NCBI GenBank assembly: GCA_045661145.1 | Contig: JAZRFC010000060.1 | Coordinates: 1 to 53,319, forward strand | Source: Clostridia bacterium | GTDB lineage: Bacteria; Bacillota; Clostridia; UMGS1883 | Length of the DNA: 53,319 nucleotides | Direction of reading: 5' to 3' | Part shown: piece after piece, positions 27,038 to 36,395 of the stretch | Position numbering within the stretch: position 1 is the first letter of the stretch | Layout of the letters: every line of letters begins with the position of its first letter | Position numbers and translations under genes: made by a program | Notes under the pieces: generated by a model | What the model was told of the DNA's origin: nothing | What the model saw: only the letters and a program-made list of their open reading frames with translations | The model's database searches: none

Positions 27038-28711
27038 CTAATTAAGATATTTGTCAAATACGTTCAAAGTACCGCTTGGTGAGTCAATAAAATAAGGTCT
27101 TGCGAGATTGTCGCCATCCCAATCGGTTGCGTGCCACCATATACCTACTTTTATTTTATTGTATTTGGGAAGCACCTTAAACATATCATCTATCCATTTA
27201 ATCTTATCTCCGCCGATTGCCGAGCAAGCATATTCAGTAATCATCATAGGCTTTTCGTTAATTTGCAAAGCTCTTTTATAAATGGGTGAGTAAATTTCAT
27301 CGAAGCTTCTCCATGTTTCCCCTTTGTAATATGTTCCCGTATTGTATCCTGTAATTCCGTATACGTCAACATACTCATCTCCGGGATAATATAGTGCTTC
27401 ATTGTTCCACTTGTAATTAGGAAAGCTTCTTTCATTGGGATTCCACACCCATATGGTGTTGTCACAACCTGCTTCATCAAATATTTTGTACAGATATTTG
27501 TAAAGCTCCACATAAATCTGAGGGTCACGGGAGGTATGGTATGCACAGTAATTGCACCAATCCCCGTTCATTTCATTAAAGGGTCTGAAAAGAACTGTAA
27601 CATCGGGATACTTTGCAATCATATTTGCATAGGCGTAAATAAAGCTGTCATAATTTCCGTTAAGAATCTCATATATCATATTTGATGAAGTATATTTTCT
27701 TGAAAGGGGAGTCTGTAATGTAAGTTCAATAGCCCTGCCTGACTCCTGAGCATAGCGGAGATTTCCTTCAACGGCAGAAACATATTCATTTACACGTCGC
27801 ATATATTCTGTATAGTCGGAATATTCTATATCAAGAAATTCCGTGTATACCAGAAATGCACAGAATTTGTAGCCTATCTGTTTTTCAATTTCTTCCATCC
27901 TTTTATATCCGCCGAATCTGTCGGGTGCAAACATTCCCATTTTGAAGGAAGCATCATCACCAAAAAGGTTAATGTAGGTTTCTTTTGCTTTGTCGTTGAG
28001 TCTTGAAATGTCAGTTTTTTTGTAGCCTTGGTTATAGGCAAACTCCTTTGAAACTGTCGGAGTAAAGGTTACAAGCGAGTCAACAATGTACATATATCCT
28101 CCGTAATTTGAGAAAGGTACAGAAGATGTAAAGTAAAATGTATATACATCCTTTCCTATGATTGCATCAACACAGGCATAGTAATTTTTGTCATCACGGA
28201 CTCTGGCAAGTTTATTTCTTGACCATTGCAAAAGGTTGTATTTTCTTCCGTTATGTGAATAAGTGTCCCGAAGCTCAAGCGTATGATTTACGGAATTGTC
28301 AATAAACTTGTTTGAGTAATTAACGTAAGAAAGAACCTCATTCGATGATGCAAAACTTTCCTTAAACACCCTGAATTTTAGTGTGCCGCCCGAAAAAGTA
28401 GTTCCGACATCAGACAAAGACAAATCAGCAGATATGTTGTTAGGGAGTATAAGGGAATAACCGTCAACATAGTTTGAAAATTTAATGTTGTTCTCGTCAT
28501 AAACCTCTGTTACGCCCATTTCATATTCTCGGGGCATATTGTCTTCCGTTTTTGTATCCGTTGTCTCAAAATATGGGGTATCAGGATTCCAGATGGGGGG
28601 AGTAAGTACCCGGGGGTTTTCGGTGTATGGATTTGTTGCATACGCCGGTATTGCTATTGACAACACAATTATTAATGATAAAAGCTTTTTTCTTAAGTAG
28701 TTCATTGGCAT
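27038..28711 (-). CDS. Secreted glycoside hydrolase family 26 protein with uncharacterised N-terminal domain
   Basis: Signal peptide (AYA cleavage); RPFNEMNGDW acid/base, WVWNPN, YYPGDEYVD, MITEY nucleophile. Confidence 0.85.
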   Translation of the reverse strand: MPMNYLRKKLLSLIIVLSIAIPAYATNPYTENPRVLTPPIWNPDTPYFETTDTKTEDNMPREYEMGVTEVYDENNIKFSNYVDGYSLILPNNISADLSLSDVGTTFSGGTLKFRVFKESFASSNEVLSYVNYSNKFIDNSVNHTLELRDTYSHNGRKYNLLQWSRNKLARVRDDKNYYACVDAIIGKDVYTFYFTSSVPFSNYGGYMYIVDSLVTFTPTVSKEFAYNQGYKKTDISRLNDKAKETYINLFGDDASFKMGMFAPDRFGGYKRMEEIEKQIGYKFCAFLVYTEFLDIEYSDYTEYMRRVNEYVSAVEGNLRYAQESGRAIELTLQTPLSRKYTSSNMIYEILNGNYDSFIYAYANMIAKYPDVTVLFRPFNEMNGDWCNYCAYHTSRDPQIYVELYKYLYKIFDEAGCDNTIWVWNPNERSFPNYKWNNEALYYPGDEYVDVYGITGYNTGTYYKGETWRSFDEIYSPIYKRALQINEKPMMITEYACSAIGGDKIKWIDDMFKVLPKYNKIKVGIWWHATDWDGDNLARPYFIDSPSGTLNVFDKYLN

Positions 28712-28779
28712 TATTCCTTCAACAATTATTTATAAATATTATATAACAAAATCACAAGGCAGTCTACTGTTAAATACTA

Positions 28780-31449
28780 CTATATACTTTCAATACCGAA
28801 TTTTGTAAAGCAGTAGTTTTCGTCCCACGGGGTCGGATTCATATGATTCCACACAGATTCACCTCTGTAATAATCCCCGGAATTTACAGTATAAAGCTCT
28901 CCCAAAGGGATGTGGTGGGGACCAAAAAGGTTTCGCATTGTAGTAGAAATTTCAATTTCAATTTCGTTATCACCCTTTAAAAGAAATTCAGACAAATTAA
29001 CCTCGTACGGCTCCCATATAACCGGCGGAATCCTCTTTCCGTTTACTGTAACAGTTATAGCGTTAATTCCATAAGGTGCAAATTTTATGCAATACTGTGT
29101 GTCGGAAAGATTGAATTTCTTTGATAGGCAAAGCTTTCCGCAGAAGAATGGAAAACCTTGCGTATGAAGACTCGAAATATTCAGAGTTTCATTTGGTGAC
29201 TCAATAGAAAAATCACCGATGTATCTGTAAGCATTTTTATCAAGCGGTCTGAAATCTCCGTCTGTTTTTACTGAAAAATCACCAACTAAATATAAAGATT
29301 CGATTTCTGTGTCAAAGTATAGTTTTCTAAGCTCATTTTCCGATTTTGTTGCTGTTGTATATGCGTTCAGAAATTTCTCTGACGGAGAAAAATTCGCAGT
29401 TAATGAAATGACATTCTCTCCAATCATAAGATATTGTGCAATATTATAATCAGTTCCTTCAAATATAGAAGGAGAGCCGTTTATCTTTATATCAAATCTG
29501 TTCAGCGACTCATTTGCAATATGAATGCTGTCGATAGTTTCTGAAACATTAAATTTAAAAACACACTCCGCAACCACAGGCGTTTTATTTGAATAAATAA
29601 GCTCTGTTACATCAACGGCATTAATGTTTTCCGCCACTGTTTCACCGTTTATCAAAACATCGCATTTATCTATAACAAGGATATTCTTAACACCGCCGTT
29701 AACAGTCCATTCTCCGCCTAAATCAAGTGTTTTAAGCGGTTTTATAAAAGGCCTGGAAATTTCGGGGGTTTGGTCGTTTATAACAATGATTGACTCATAT
29801 GGAGAAAATTTGTAAACACCGTAAAACGGAACAACTTCTCCTGAAGAGAGGTCGAGCATTTTCGTTCCGGCATTTATGGATGAAGTAATTTCTTCATTTG
29901 AATTATTAAAAAAATAATGAAGAGAATAACCATCACAAATACGGCTTGTGTATATAATTGACGAATTGTCACATATAGCATTTTCAGAAAGGGAGGAGGT
30001 GTAAGCAATAAATCCTCCTCTATGCTCAAACTCAGAAAGAAACTTCTCGGTGCTGGCAAGAAGAACGGTGCCGTCGGGAATAACTACCGTCTTATAACTG
30101 CAATCTCCGATACATAGTGCATCTCCCTGAACATATCCGTATTCTTTTAATACAAGCTCATCCCCAATATGAAAAGGTATATGCTTTTCGGTCAGCTCTT
30201 TAACGGCAACAGACATTACGGATGAAATCTCATTGATTCGGTCGCTTTCAGCTCCGTTAAATTCACTCCAGATGTTTGCAAGGTTAGATATAAGAAGAGT
30301 ATCCGCACCCGATTTCCCCAAAGACATAGCTGAACTTACCCTTGTAATGTATGAAGAAAATTTGTTGTACGCTTCAATCAAATCCTCGCGAAGATATGAT
30401 GCGGTTGAGTTTGTACGCTTTCTCATTCCTCTTAGGGAAGAGGATTCACAGGCAGTTGCAATTTTTGTTATTCCATTTGCAAACTGTAAATTTGCAAATC
30501 GTTTCAAATCAGAAAATGTAGCTCCATTACCCGCGTTTTCAAAAAGCGATGCAATACTTTCTTTTTTATTAAACTGTTCTTTAGCTGAAGCCGCCATTAT
30601 GGCATACAAAGGATTGTCAGCATCCTTGGAAGCTATGCTTATGGTAGGTATATCCATATGAACAAACTGAAACATCATATTTCCGCTTGTCGTAAAATCG
30701 TATGCACCGCGACATGGCACTGTTGCTGAATATAATATACCGTTTTTGTTTGCCTTTTGCTTCAAAGGCATCAAAAAGTTTTTTGAAAACAGCTTTGTAA
30801 CAAGAGTCCAGAATTTAATTCTTGTGCTTTTGTAATTTCCGACATTATTGAAAAGCTGGGGTAATAATTCAAGCAATTCTTCGTCGTATTCAGCCTTGTA
30901 CTGTGCAGGGAGCGTAAAGCTCCACGGAATTTTCTTATAGCTGAGTTGTGGGTTTATTGAAAGAATACCATCAATGTTTTCTGTGTTATAGTAGCAGACA
31001 TTATCTATAAAAAGATTCGCAACATCAGGGTTAAGAAGGTCGGCATAATAGGGATTAACATCGTAGTAAAAATGATAGCCGTCTTTACATATTATAGTAA
31101 AGTCATTGGTTGAATTACCAACCTCACAGCAAAGAAATTTTTGCTGATACTCAAGACCGGATGAATTAACAGTTCCGTTTCCGCATCCTGAAAAACTGCC
31201 GAATTCGTCAGAAACCCATACCTCTAGTGAATTTTCCTTTGCTTTTTCAATAGCGGATGCAAGAGTGCGCATCCATTCATCACCCATATATTTGTTTTCA
31301 AGACCACCATCGGCACATATGCAAAAGCTTCCGTATCCTGCCTGGGCAATTCTTGATATATGACTTTGAATATATCCGGTATTCAATTTTTCATTCCATG
31401 CCCACATCTTATGGGGCCTAAATTGGAATTGGTCGAGTTTGAAATCCAA
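28780..31449 (-). CDS. GH106 (alpha-L-rhamnosidase)-like large protein with degenerate motifs
   Basis: N-terminal FRP..MWAWN...GGLENKYMGDEW...WVSDE..SG pattern and C-terminal beta-sandwich domains ending NLFGPHH. TTG 31449 follows a GGAGTG RBS. Confidence 0.65.
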   Translation of the reverse strand: MDFKLDQFQFRPHKMWAWNEKLNTGYIQSHISRIAQAGYGSFCICADGGLENKYMGDEWMRTLASAIEKAKENSLEVWVSDEFGSFSGCGNGTVNSSGLEYQQKFLCCEVGNSTNDFTIICKDGYHFYYDVNPYYADLLNPDVANLFIDNVCYYNTENIDGILSINPQLSYKKIPWSFTLPAQYKAEYDEELLELLPQLFNNVGNYKSTRIKFWTLVTKLFSKNFLMPLKQKANKNGILYSATVPCRGAYDFTTSGNMMFQFVHMDIPTISIASKDADNPLYAIMAASAKEQFNKKESIASLFENAGNGATFSDLKRFANLQFANGITKIATACESSSLRGMRKRTNSTASYLREDLIEAYNKFSSYITRVSSAMSLGKSGADTLLISNLANIWSEFNGAESDRINEISSVMSVAVKELTEKHIPFHIGDELVLKEYGYVQGDALCIGDCSYKTVVIPDGTVLLASTEKFLSEFEHRGGFIAYTSSLSENAICDNSSIIYTSRICDGYSLHYFFNNSNEEITSSINAGTKMLDLSSGEVVPFYGVYKFSPYESIIVINDQTPEISRPFIKPLKTLDLGGEWTVNGGVKNILVIDKCDVLINGETVAENINAVDVTELIYSNKTPVVAECVFKFNVSETIDSIHIANESLNRFDIKINGSPSIFEGTDYNIAQYLMIGENVISLTANFSPSEKFLNAYTTATKSENELRKLYFDTEIESLYLVGDFSVKTDGDFRPLDKNAYRYIGDFSIESPNETLNISSLHTQGFPFFCGKLCLSKKFNLSDTQYCIKFAPYGINAITVTVNGKRIPPVIWEPYEVNLSEFLLKGDNEIEIEISTTMRNLFGPHHIPLGELYTVNSGDYYRGESVWNHMNPTPWDENYCFTKFGIESI

Positions 31450-31664
31450 ATAAATCACTCCGAAAATTGTTGATACCATATATAGCATTATATTAATTAT
31501 TATACTGCATAATGTTGTGAAAGTCAAATTTGTGTCAAAAGTATTACATATAAAAAATTCAGCGAGCTTATAGTAAAATGTTTTTACACAAATGCATTAT
31601 CACGGTAATTTTGAAATATTGTATGTAACAGAGGAAAAAAATACAAAATTTTTCAAATAAACGG

Positions 31665-31693
31665 TTGACAAAACCTTTGTTTATTGCTAAAAT
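31665..31693 (+). promoter_or_regulatory. Sigma-A promoter of the feo operon
   Basis: TTGACA-17 nt-TAAAAT with extended -10 TG. Confidence 0.85.
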
Positions 31694-31700
31694 ATTTGTG

Positions 31701-31716
31701 GTTAGTTAAGACTAAC
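31701..31716. promoter_or_regulatory. Palindromic operator 1 (GTTAGT-N4-ACTAAC), likely a DtxR/MntR-family metal repressor site
   Basis: gttagttaagactaac just downstream of the -10 box; repeated before feoB. Confidence 0.7.
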
Positions 31717-31738
31717 TGAGTAGCCTGGAGGTGTAAAA

Positions 31739-31957
31739 ATGAATATTAGCCAAGCGTTAGAAGGAAAAACATATATTGTTCAGGATATTGCTACGGATGA
31801 TAATGAACTGAATTCATTTTTATTTTCTCTCGGTTGTTACAGTGGAGAACCTGTCACGGTAATATCTCATCTTAAAGGCGGCAGTGTGATTTCAATAAAA
31901 GAGGGAAGATATCACATTGACAAACAGTTGGCAAAAGCCATTAAGATTTTTCAATAA
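31739..31957 (+). CDS. feoA: Ferrous iron transport protein A
   Basis: 72 aa SH3-like, FLFSLGCYSGEPVTV; GGAGGTG RBS; upstream of feoB. Confidence 0.9.
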   Translation: MNISQALEGKTYIVQDIATDDNELNSFLFSLGCYSGEPVTVISHLKGGSVISIKEGRYHIDKQLAKAIKIFQ

Positions 31958-31978
31958 GTCTTTTTATTTTGAAAATGG

Positions 31979-31994
31979 GTTAGTTATCACTAAC
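31979..31994. promoter_or_regulatory. Palindromic operator 2 (GTTAGT-N4-ACTAAC)
   Basis: gttagttatcactaac, 14/16 identical to operator 1. Confidence 0.7.
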
Positions 31995-32022
31995 TTAATG
32001 CTTTGTGAGAGGAGGAGTTGTT

Positions 32023-34056
32023 ATGCGTATCGCTTTAACGGGAAACCCTAACAGCGGAAAGACAACGATGTTTAATATACTTACCGGTAAAAATGAAAGT
32101 GTAGGTAATTGGGCAGGTGTTACTGTTGATAAAAAAGAAGCATCGGTAAAAAGAAACATATACAGGAGAGAAAATCTTGTCATAGTCGACCTTCCAGGTG
32201 CATATTCAATGTCTCCGTTTACTTCAGAAGAAAGTGTGACAAGCAACTACATAAAAGAAGAAAACCCCGATGTAATCATAAATATTGTTGATGCTACTAA
32301 TCTTAGCAGGAGTCTTTTCTTTACAACGCAAATTCTGGAACTTGGAATTCCCGTTGTTGTTGCTCTTAATAAGAGTGATATAAATGAAAAGAAAGAAACG
32401 GTGATAGATACTGTTTTACTTTCGGAAAAACTTGGGTGTCCGGTTATTGAAACAGCATCAGTTTCTTCGCACAATAAGGGTATTTCCAAACTGATAGATA
32501 CTGCAGTTTCTATTAAAAATGCAGTACAAAAAGCACCGTTTTTCCAAAATGAAGATAGCCTTACTGACAAAGCCTCTGCAGAAAAAGCTGACAGAGAACG
32601 TTTTGAATTTGTAAACAGTGTTGTTTCTAAGGTGGAAAAAAGAAAAATACACACAAGTCAGAAAAATACTCAGGATAAATTGGATGCAATACTTACAAAC
32701 AAGTGGTTGGGTATCCCGATTTTTGCAATAGTAATGTTTCTTGTTTTTCAAACATCGCAAGCTTGGATTGGGCCATGGATTGCAGATTCTTTGGTAAGTA
32801 TTCTTGAAACTTTTCAAACTTTCATCGGCAGTTATGCCCAAGGTGCAGAACCAATTCTTCAGACCTTGCTTGTAGATGGTGTTATAGGGGGATTTATAGC
32901 TGTGGTTGGCTTTCTTCCTCTTGTAATGGTAATGTATTTCCTCATTGCTCTTTTAGAGGATTGCGGTTATATGGCGCGTGTAAGCGTTGTCCTTGATCCG
33001 ATTTTTAAAAGAGTCGGACTTTCAGGTAAATCGGTTATTCCGTTTGTAATCGGCACGGGATGTGCAGTACCGGGAGTTATGGCTTGCCGTACAATTCGTA
33101 ACGAGAATGAAAGAAGGGCTGCTGCGATGCTTGCTCCGTTTATGCCTTGCGGTGCAAAGCTGCCTGTAATTGCTCTTTTTGCAGGAGTGTTTTTCGGGGA
33201 TTCTTCATGGGTTGGTACACTGATGTATTTTGTCGGCATACTGATTATTTTCTTCGGTGCTCTTATTGTAAACAGAATAGCAGGTAACAGAAATAAAAAA
33301 TCCTATTTTATTATAGAATTGCCCGAATATAAAATTCCCAATCCCAAGGGTGCATTTTTGTCTATGTGTTCAAGAGGTTGGGCGTATATTGTAAAAGCAG
33401 GTACTATAATTCTTGTATGTAATACTCTGGTACAAATAATGCAGACCTTTACATGGAAATTTGAATACATAGATTTTACAGCCATTGAAAATACAGCAAG
33501 AAGTATTAACGGAGCAAATGGAGAATCTATAGCAAAAGCAATCTCGGATGCGGCAGATACATCAATTCTTGCATCAATTGCAACCCCATTTTCTTATATT
33601 ATGATTCCGCTTATCGGCTTTGCATCCTGGCAACTTGCCGCAGCCGCTATTACAGGGTTTATTGCAAAAGAGAATGTGGTTGGCACAATAGCTGTATGTT
33701 TCGGTATAACGAATTTCATAAACGTGGGCGAGGGGTATGCAGGAGAGTTTCTTGCACTCACAAACGTGGCGGCACTCTCTTATCTGATGTTCAATCTTTT
33801 TACGCCTCCATGCTTTGCGGCAATAGGAGCTATGAATTCAGAAATTAAAAGCAGAAAATGGTTCTGGGGCGGTATTGCACTTCAGTTTGCAACAGGATTT
33901 ACAGTTTCTTTTTTAGTTTACCAGATAGGTACTCTGATTACAGAAAAAAGATTAGGAGAGGCATTTGTGCCCGGATTTATTGCAATAACAATTATTGTAT
34001 TGTTTATTGTAACTTTGATTAGAAAACAAGATAAAAATAAAGTTGCTCAGAATTAA
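32023..34056 (+). CDS. feoB: Ferrous iron transport protein B
   Basis: GNPNSGKT, VGNWAGVTV, DLPGAYS, NKSD G-motifs; MPCGAKLP, FTPPCFA. Confidence 0.96.
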   Translation: MRIALTGNPNSGKTTMFNILTGKNESVGNWAGVTVDKKEASVKRNIYRRENLVIVDLPGAYSMSPFTSEESVTSNYIKEENPDVIINIVDATNLSRSLFFTTQILELGIPVVVALNKSDINEKKETVIDTVLLSEKLGCPVIETASVSSHNKGISKLIDTAVSIKNAVQKAPFFQNEDSLTDKASAEKADRERFEFVNSVVSKVEKRKIHTSQKNTQDKLDAILTNKWLGIPIFAIVMFLVFQTSQAWIGPWIADSLVSILETFQTFIGSYAQGAEPILQTLLVDGVIGGFIAVVGFLPLVMVMYFLIALLEDCGYMARVSVVLDPIFKRVGLSGKSVIPFVIGTGCAVPGVMACRTIRNENERRAAAMLAPFMPCGAKLPVIALFAGVFFGDSSWVGTLMYFVGILIIFFGALIVNRIAGNRNKKSYFIIELPEYKIPNPKGAFLSMCSRGWAYIVKAGTIILVCNTLVQIMQTFTWKFEYIDFTAIENTARSINGANGESIAKAISDAADTSILASIATPFSYIMIPLIGFASWQLAAAAITGFIAKENVVGTIAVCFGITNFINVGEGYAGEFLALTNVAALSYLMFNLFTPPCFAAIGAMNSEIKSRKWFWGGIALQFATGFTVSFLVYQIGTLITEKRLGEAFVPGFIAITIIVLFIVTLIRKQDKNKVAQN

Positions 34057-34070
34057 CAAGGAGAAAATTT

Positions 34071-34229
34071 ATGGAAAATGTAGTAATTATTGCCGTTTTG
34101 GTTGTTGTAATTTCTTTGTCGGTAGGATATATAATTAAGGCAAAGAAAAACGGTGCAAAATGTATTGGATGTCCGTCAGGTCACGAGTGTGGTAAATGCA
34201 ATTGCGGATGTAATGAACATGAAGAATAA
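34071..34229 (+). CDS. FeoB-associated Cys-rich membrane protein (52 aa; not in the ORF track)
   Basis: Hand translation MENVVIIAVLVVVISLSVGYIIKAKKNGAKCIGCPSGHECGKCNCGCNEHEE*; AAGGAG RBS. Confidence 0.9.
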   Translation: MENVVIIAVLVVVISLSVGYIIKAKKNGAKCIGCPSGHECGKCNCGCNEHEE

Positions 34230-34271
34230 AAGATAACTGCAGTTTAACAAATGAACTGCAGTTATCTTTTT
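34228..34271 (+). terminator. Terminator of the feo operon
   Basis: aaaagataactgcagtt...aactgcagttatcttttt. Confidence 0.88.
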
Positions 34272-34326
34272 ATTTGAATGAATTAAGAAAATATTGTAAA
34301 AAATGTATTAAGGTGCAGCGGTCAGG

Positions 34327-34356
34327 TTGACAATTATATTATAAATGTGGTAAAAT
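34327..34356 (+). promoter_or_regulatory. Putative sigma-A promoter of the protease-scpAB operon
   Basis: TTGACA-18 nt-TAAAAT with extended TG. Confidence 0.7.
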
Positions 34357-34391
34357 ATACTAGTAAAATTATAAAAATCGGAGGTTATATT

Positions 34392-35051
34392 TTGGGATTA
34401 TTTAGTTCATCGTTGACTGAAATCCTTGCGCGTGTTATCGTGCTTTTTACCGCTATCTCGGTTCACGAATTTGCGCATGGTTTTATTGCATATAAATTGG
34501 GCGACCCTACCGCTAAGTATTCGGGACGGCTTACACTTAACCCGCTTTCGCATCTTGACCCCATCGGTGCTATTTGTATGGCACTCTTTGGCTTTGGATG
34601 GGCAAAGCCTGTTCCCGTAAACCCTATGTATTTTAAGGACAGAAAGCGTGATAATGCGCTTGTAGCCCTTGCTGGACCTGTGTCAAATGTTATTCTTGCA
34701 TTTGTATCTACGGTATTGACAGCAGTTTATTATGTGTTTGTTCTTATGAACTATGCAAATTTTATAACACTATTCATCTATACGGTCCTTATTCAGCTTG
34801 CTGTTATAAATATCAGCTTTGCTGTATTTAATTTATTACCGTTTCCGCCTCTTGACGGAAGTAAAATTCTCGGTGCATTTTTATCCTACGAAAGTTATAA
34901 CAAGCTTTTGATGTATGAACGCTTTGGATTTCCTCTTTTGATGCTTTTGTCCTTTAGCGGTATACTTGGAAGAATCTTGGGCTTGTTTATTAACCCCCTC
35001 ATTACCTTGTGGGAAATTTGTCTTAACGGACTTGTAACTATTTTTATTTAA
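34392..35051 (+). CDS. Site-2 protease family (M50) intramembrane metalloprotease
   Basis: HEFAH, LTLNPLSHLDP, AGPVSN and NLLPFPPLDG motifs; TTG 34392 after GGAGG. Confidence 0.93.
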   Translation: MGLFSSSLTEILARVIVLFTAISVHEFAHGFIAYKLGDPTAKYSGRLTLNPLSHLDPIGAICMALFGFGWAKPVPVNPMYFKDRKRDNALVALAGPVSNVILAFVSTVLTAVYYVFVLMNYANFITLFIYTVLIQLAVINISFAVFNLLPFPPLDGSKILGAFLSYESYNKLLMYERFGFPLLMLLSFSGILGRILGLFINPLITLWEICLNGLVTIFI

Positions 35052-35062
35052 GGAATTACAAA

Positions 35063-35809
35063 ATGAGTGAGCTTTCTTTTAAAATTGATGTGTTTGAAGG
35101 GCCTCTTGACCTGCTCTTACACCTTATCAGTAAGAATAAAGTAAGTATCTGTGATATTCCTATTTCCATGATTACAGACCAATATTTTGCATATATAGAA
35201 CTTATGCAACAGCTTGATATGGAAATCGGCGGCGAATTCCTTGTAATGGCATCACAGCTTCTCTATATCAAATCCAAGATGCTTCTTCCAGGTGATGATG
35301 AGGAAGAGGAAGACCCCCGTGCAGAGCTTGCTGACAGATTGGAAGAATATAGAAGATACAAAGAAATTTCAGGAGAAATGGAAAAGCTCAGCCATTCAAT
35401 GGAGAGTGTAGTTTTCAAAGGGGCGGAGCCGCTTAATCTCCCGAAAGTAAAAACAGAAAACAGGGAAATTCCCATAGAAAAACTTTTCGAGGCATTCTTT
35501 ACTGTAGTTGACCGAAGTGCAACCCGTAAGCCTATTGACCCGAAAACCTTTAAGCGTGTTATAGGCAGAACGAATTATTCAGTCCGCACAGCGTCCAAGA
35601 GTGTTATCGGTAAACTTAAAAAAGGCGAAAAAACAGCCTTCGAAGAGCTTTTTACAGGACTAAAGGTAAGGGGAGAGTATGTTGCAACATTTCTTGCCCT
35701 TTTAGAGCTTATTAAAGAAAGTGCAGTTATGGTTGTCCAGATAGGAGAAAACCTTTATTGCCAGCGAGGTGAAAAAGATGTGGAACTTGACAATTGGGAA
35801 GAATATTGA
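35063..35809 (+). CDS. scpA: Segregation and condensation protein A (SMC kleisin)
   Basis: FEGPLDLLLHLI, EFLVMAS.LLYIKSKMLLP, FLALLELIK. Confidence 0.95.
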   Translation: MSELSFKIDVFEGPLDLLLHLISKNKVSICDIPISMITDQYFAYIELMQQLDMEIGGEFLVMASQLLYIKSKMLLPGDDEEEEDPRAELADRLEEYRRYKEISGEMEKLSHSMESVVFKGAEPLNLPKVKTENREIPIEKLFEAFFTVVDRSATRKPIDPKTFKRVIGRTNYSVRTASKSVIGKLKKGEKTAFEELFTGLKVRGEYVATFLALLELIKESAVMVVQIGENLYCQRGEKDVELDNWEEY

Positions 35810-36392
35810 GTGTGCGCTTGAGGCAGTACTTTTTTCTCTGGGCGAAGCTGTAGAAATAGAAAGACTTGCAGAAGCTTTAGAAGTAAGAGAAGATGAGATT
35901 CGAAATGCTTTTAATACGCTTCAACAAAAATACGAAAAAGAAAACCGTGGGATAAAGCTTATTGAGATTGAGAATTCAATACAAATGTGTTCAAATCCCG
36001 ATTATTTTGAATGTATAAAGCGCGTTACCCAGATTAAGAAGCAGGCTGGACTTTCTTCTGCGGCACTTGAAACTCTTTCTATAATCGCATATAATCAGCC
36101 TGTTACAAAAGGTACAATAGAGTTTATCCGCGGTGTTGATTGTACCTATTCAGTAACACGACTTCTTGAAAGAGGATTTATTGATGAATTGGGACGTGCA
36201 GAAACTCCGGGAAGACCTATTCTTTACGGAACAACAATGGAATTTTTAAGGTGCTTTGGCTTGAAAACTCTTGAGGACCTTCCACCGCTTCCAGAAAAGC
36301 AGATTATGGAAGAATCTGCGGAAAATAAGCCAACAGACATTATTGAAGAATATGTTCAGGAATCTGAGAACAAAGCAGAGATTGGAGAATAA
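35778..36392 (+). CDS. scpB: Segregation and condensation protein B
   Basis: LEAVLFS, LSSAALETLSIIAYNQPVT, IRGV, PGRPILYGTT. Confidence 0.95.
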   Translation: MWNLTIGKNIECALEAVLFSLGEAVEIERLAEALEVREDEIRNAFNTLQQKYEKENRGIKLIEIENSIQMCSNPDYFECIKRVTQIKKQAGLSSAALETLSIIAYNQPVTKGTIEFIRGVDCTYSVTRLLERGFIDELGRAETPGRPILYGTTMEFLRCFGLKTLEDLPPLPEKQIMEESAENKPTDIIEEYVQESENKAEIGE

Positions 36393-36395
36393 TTT

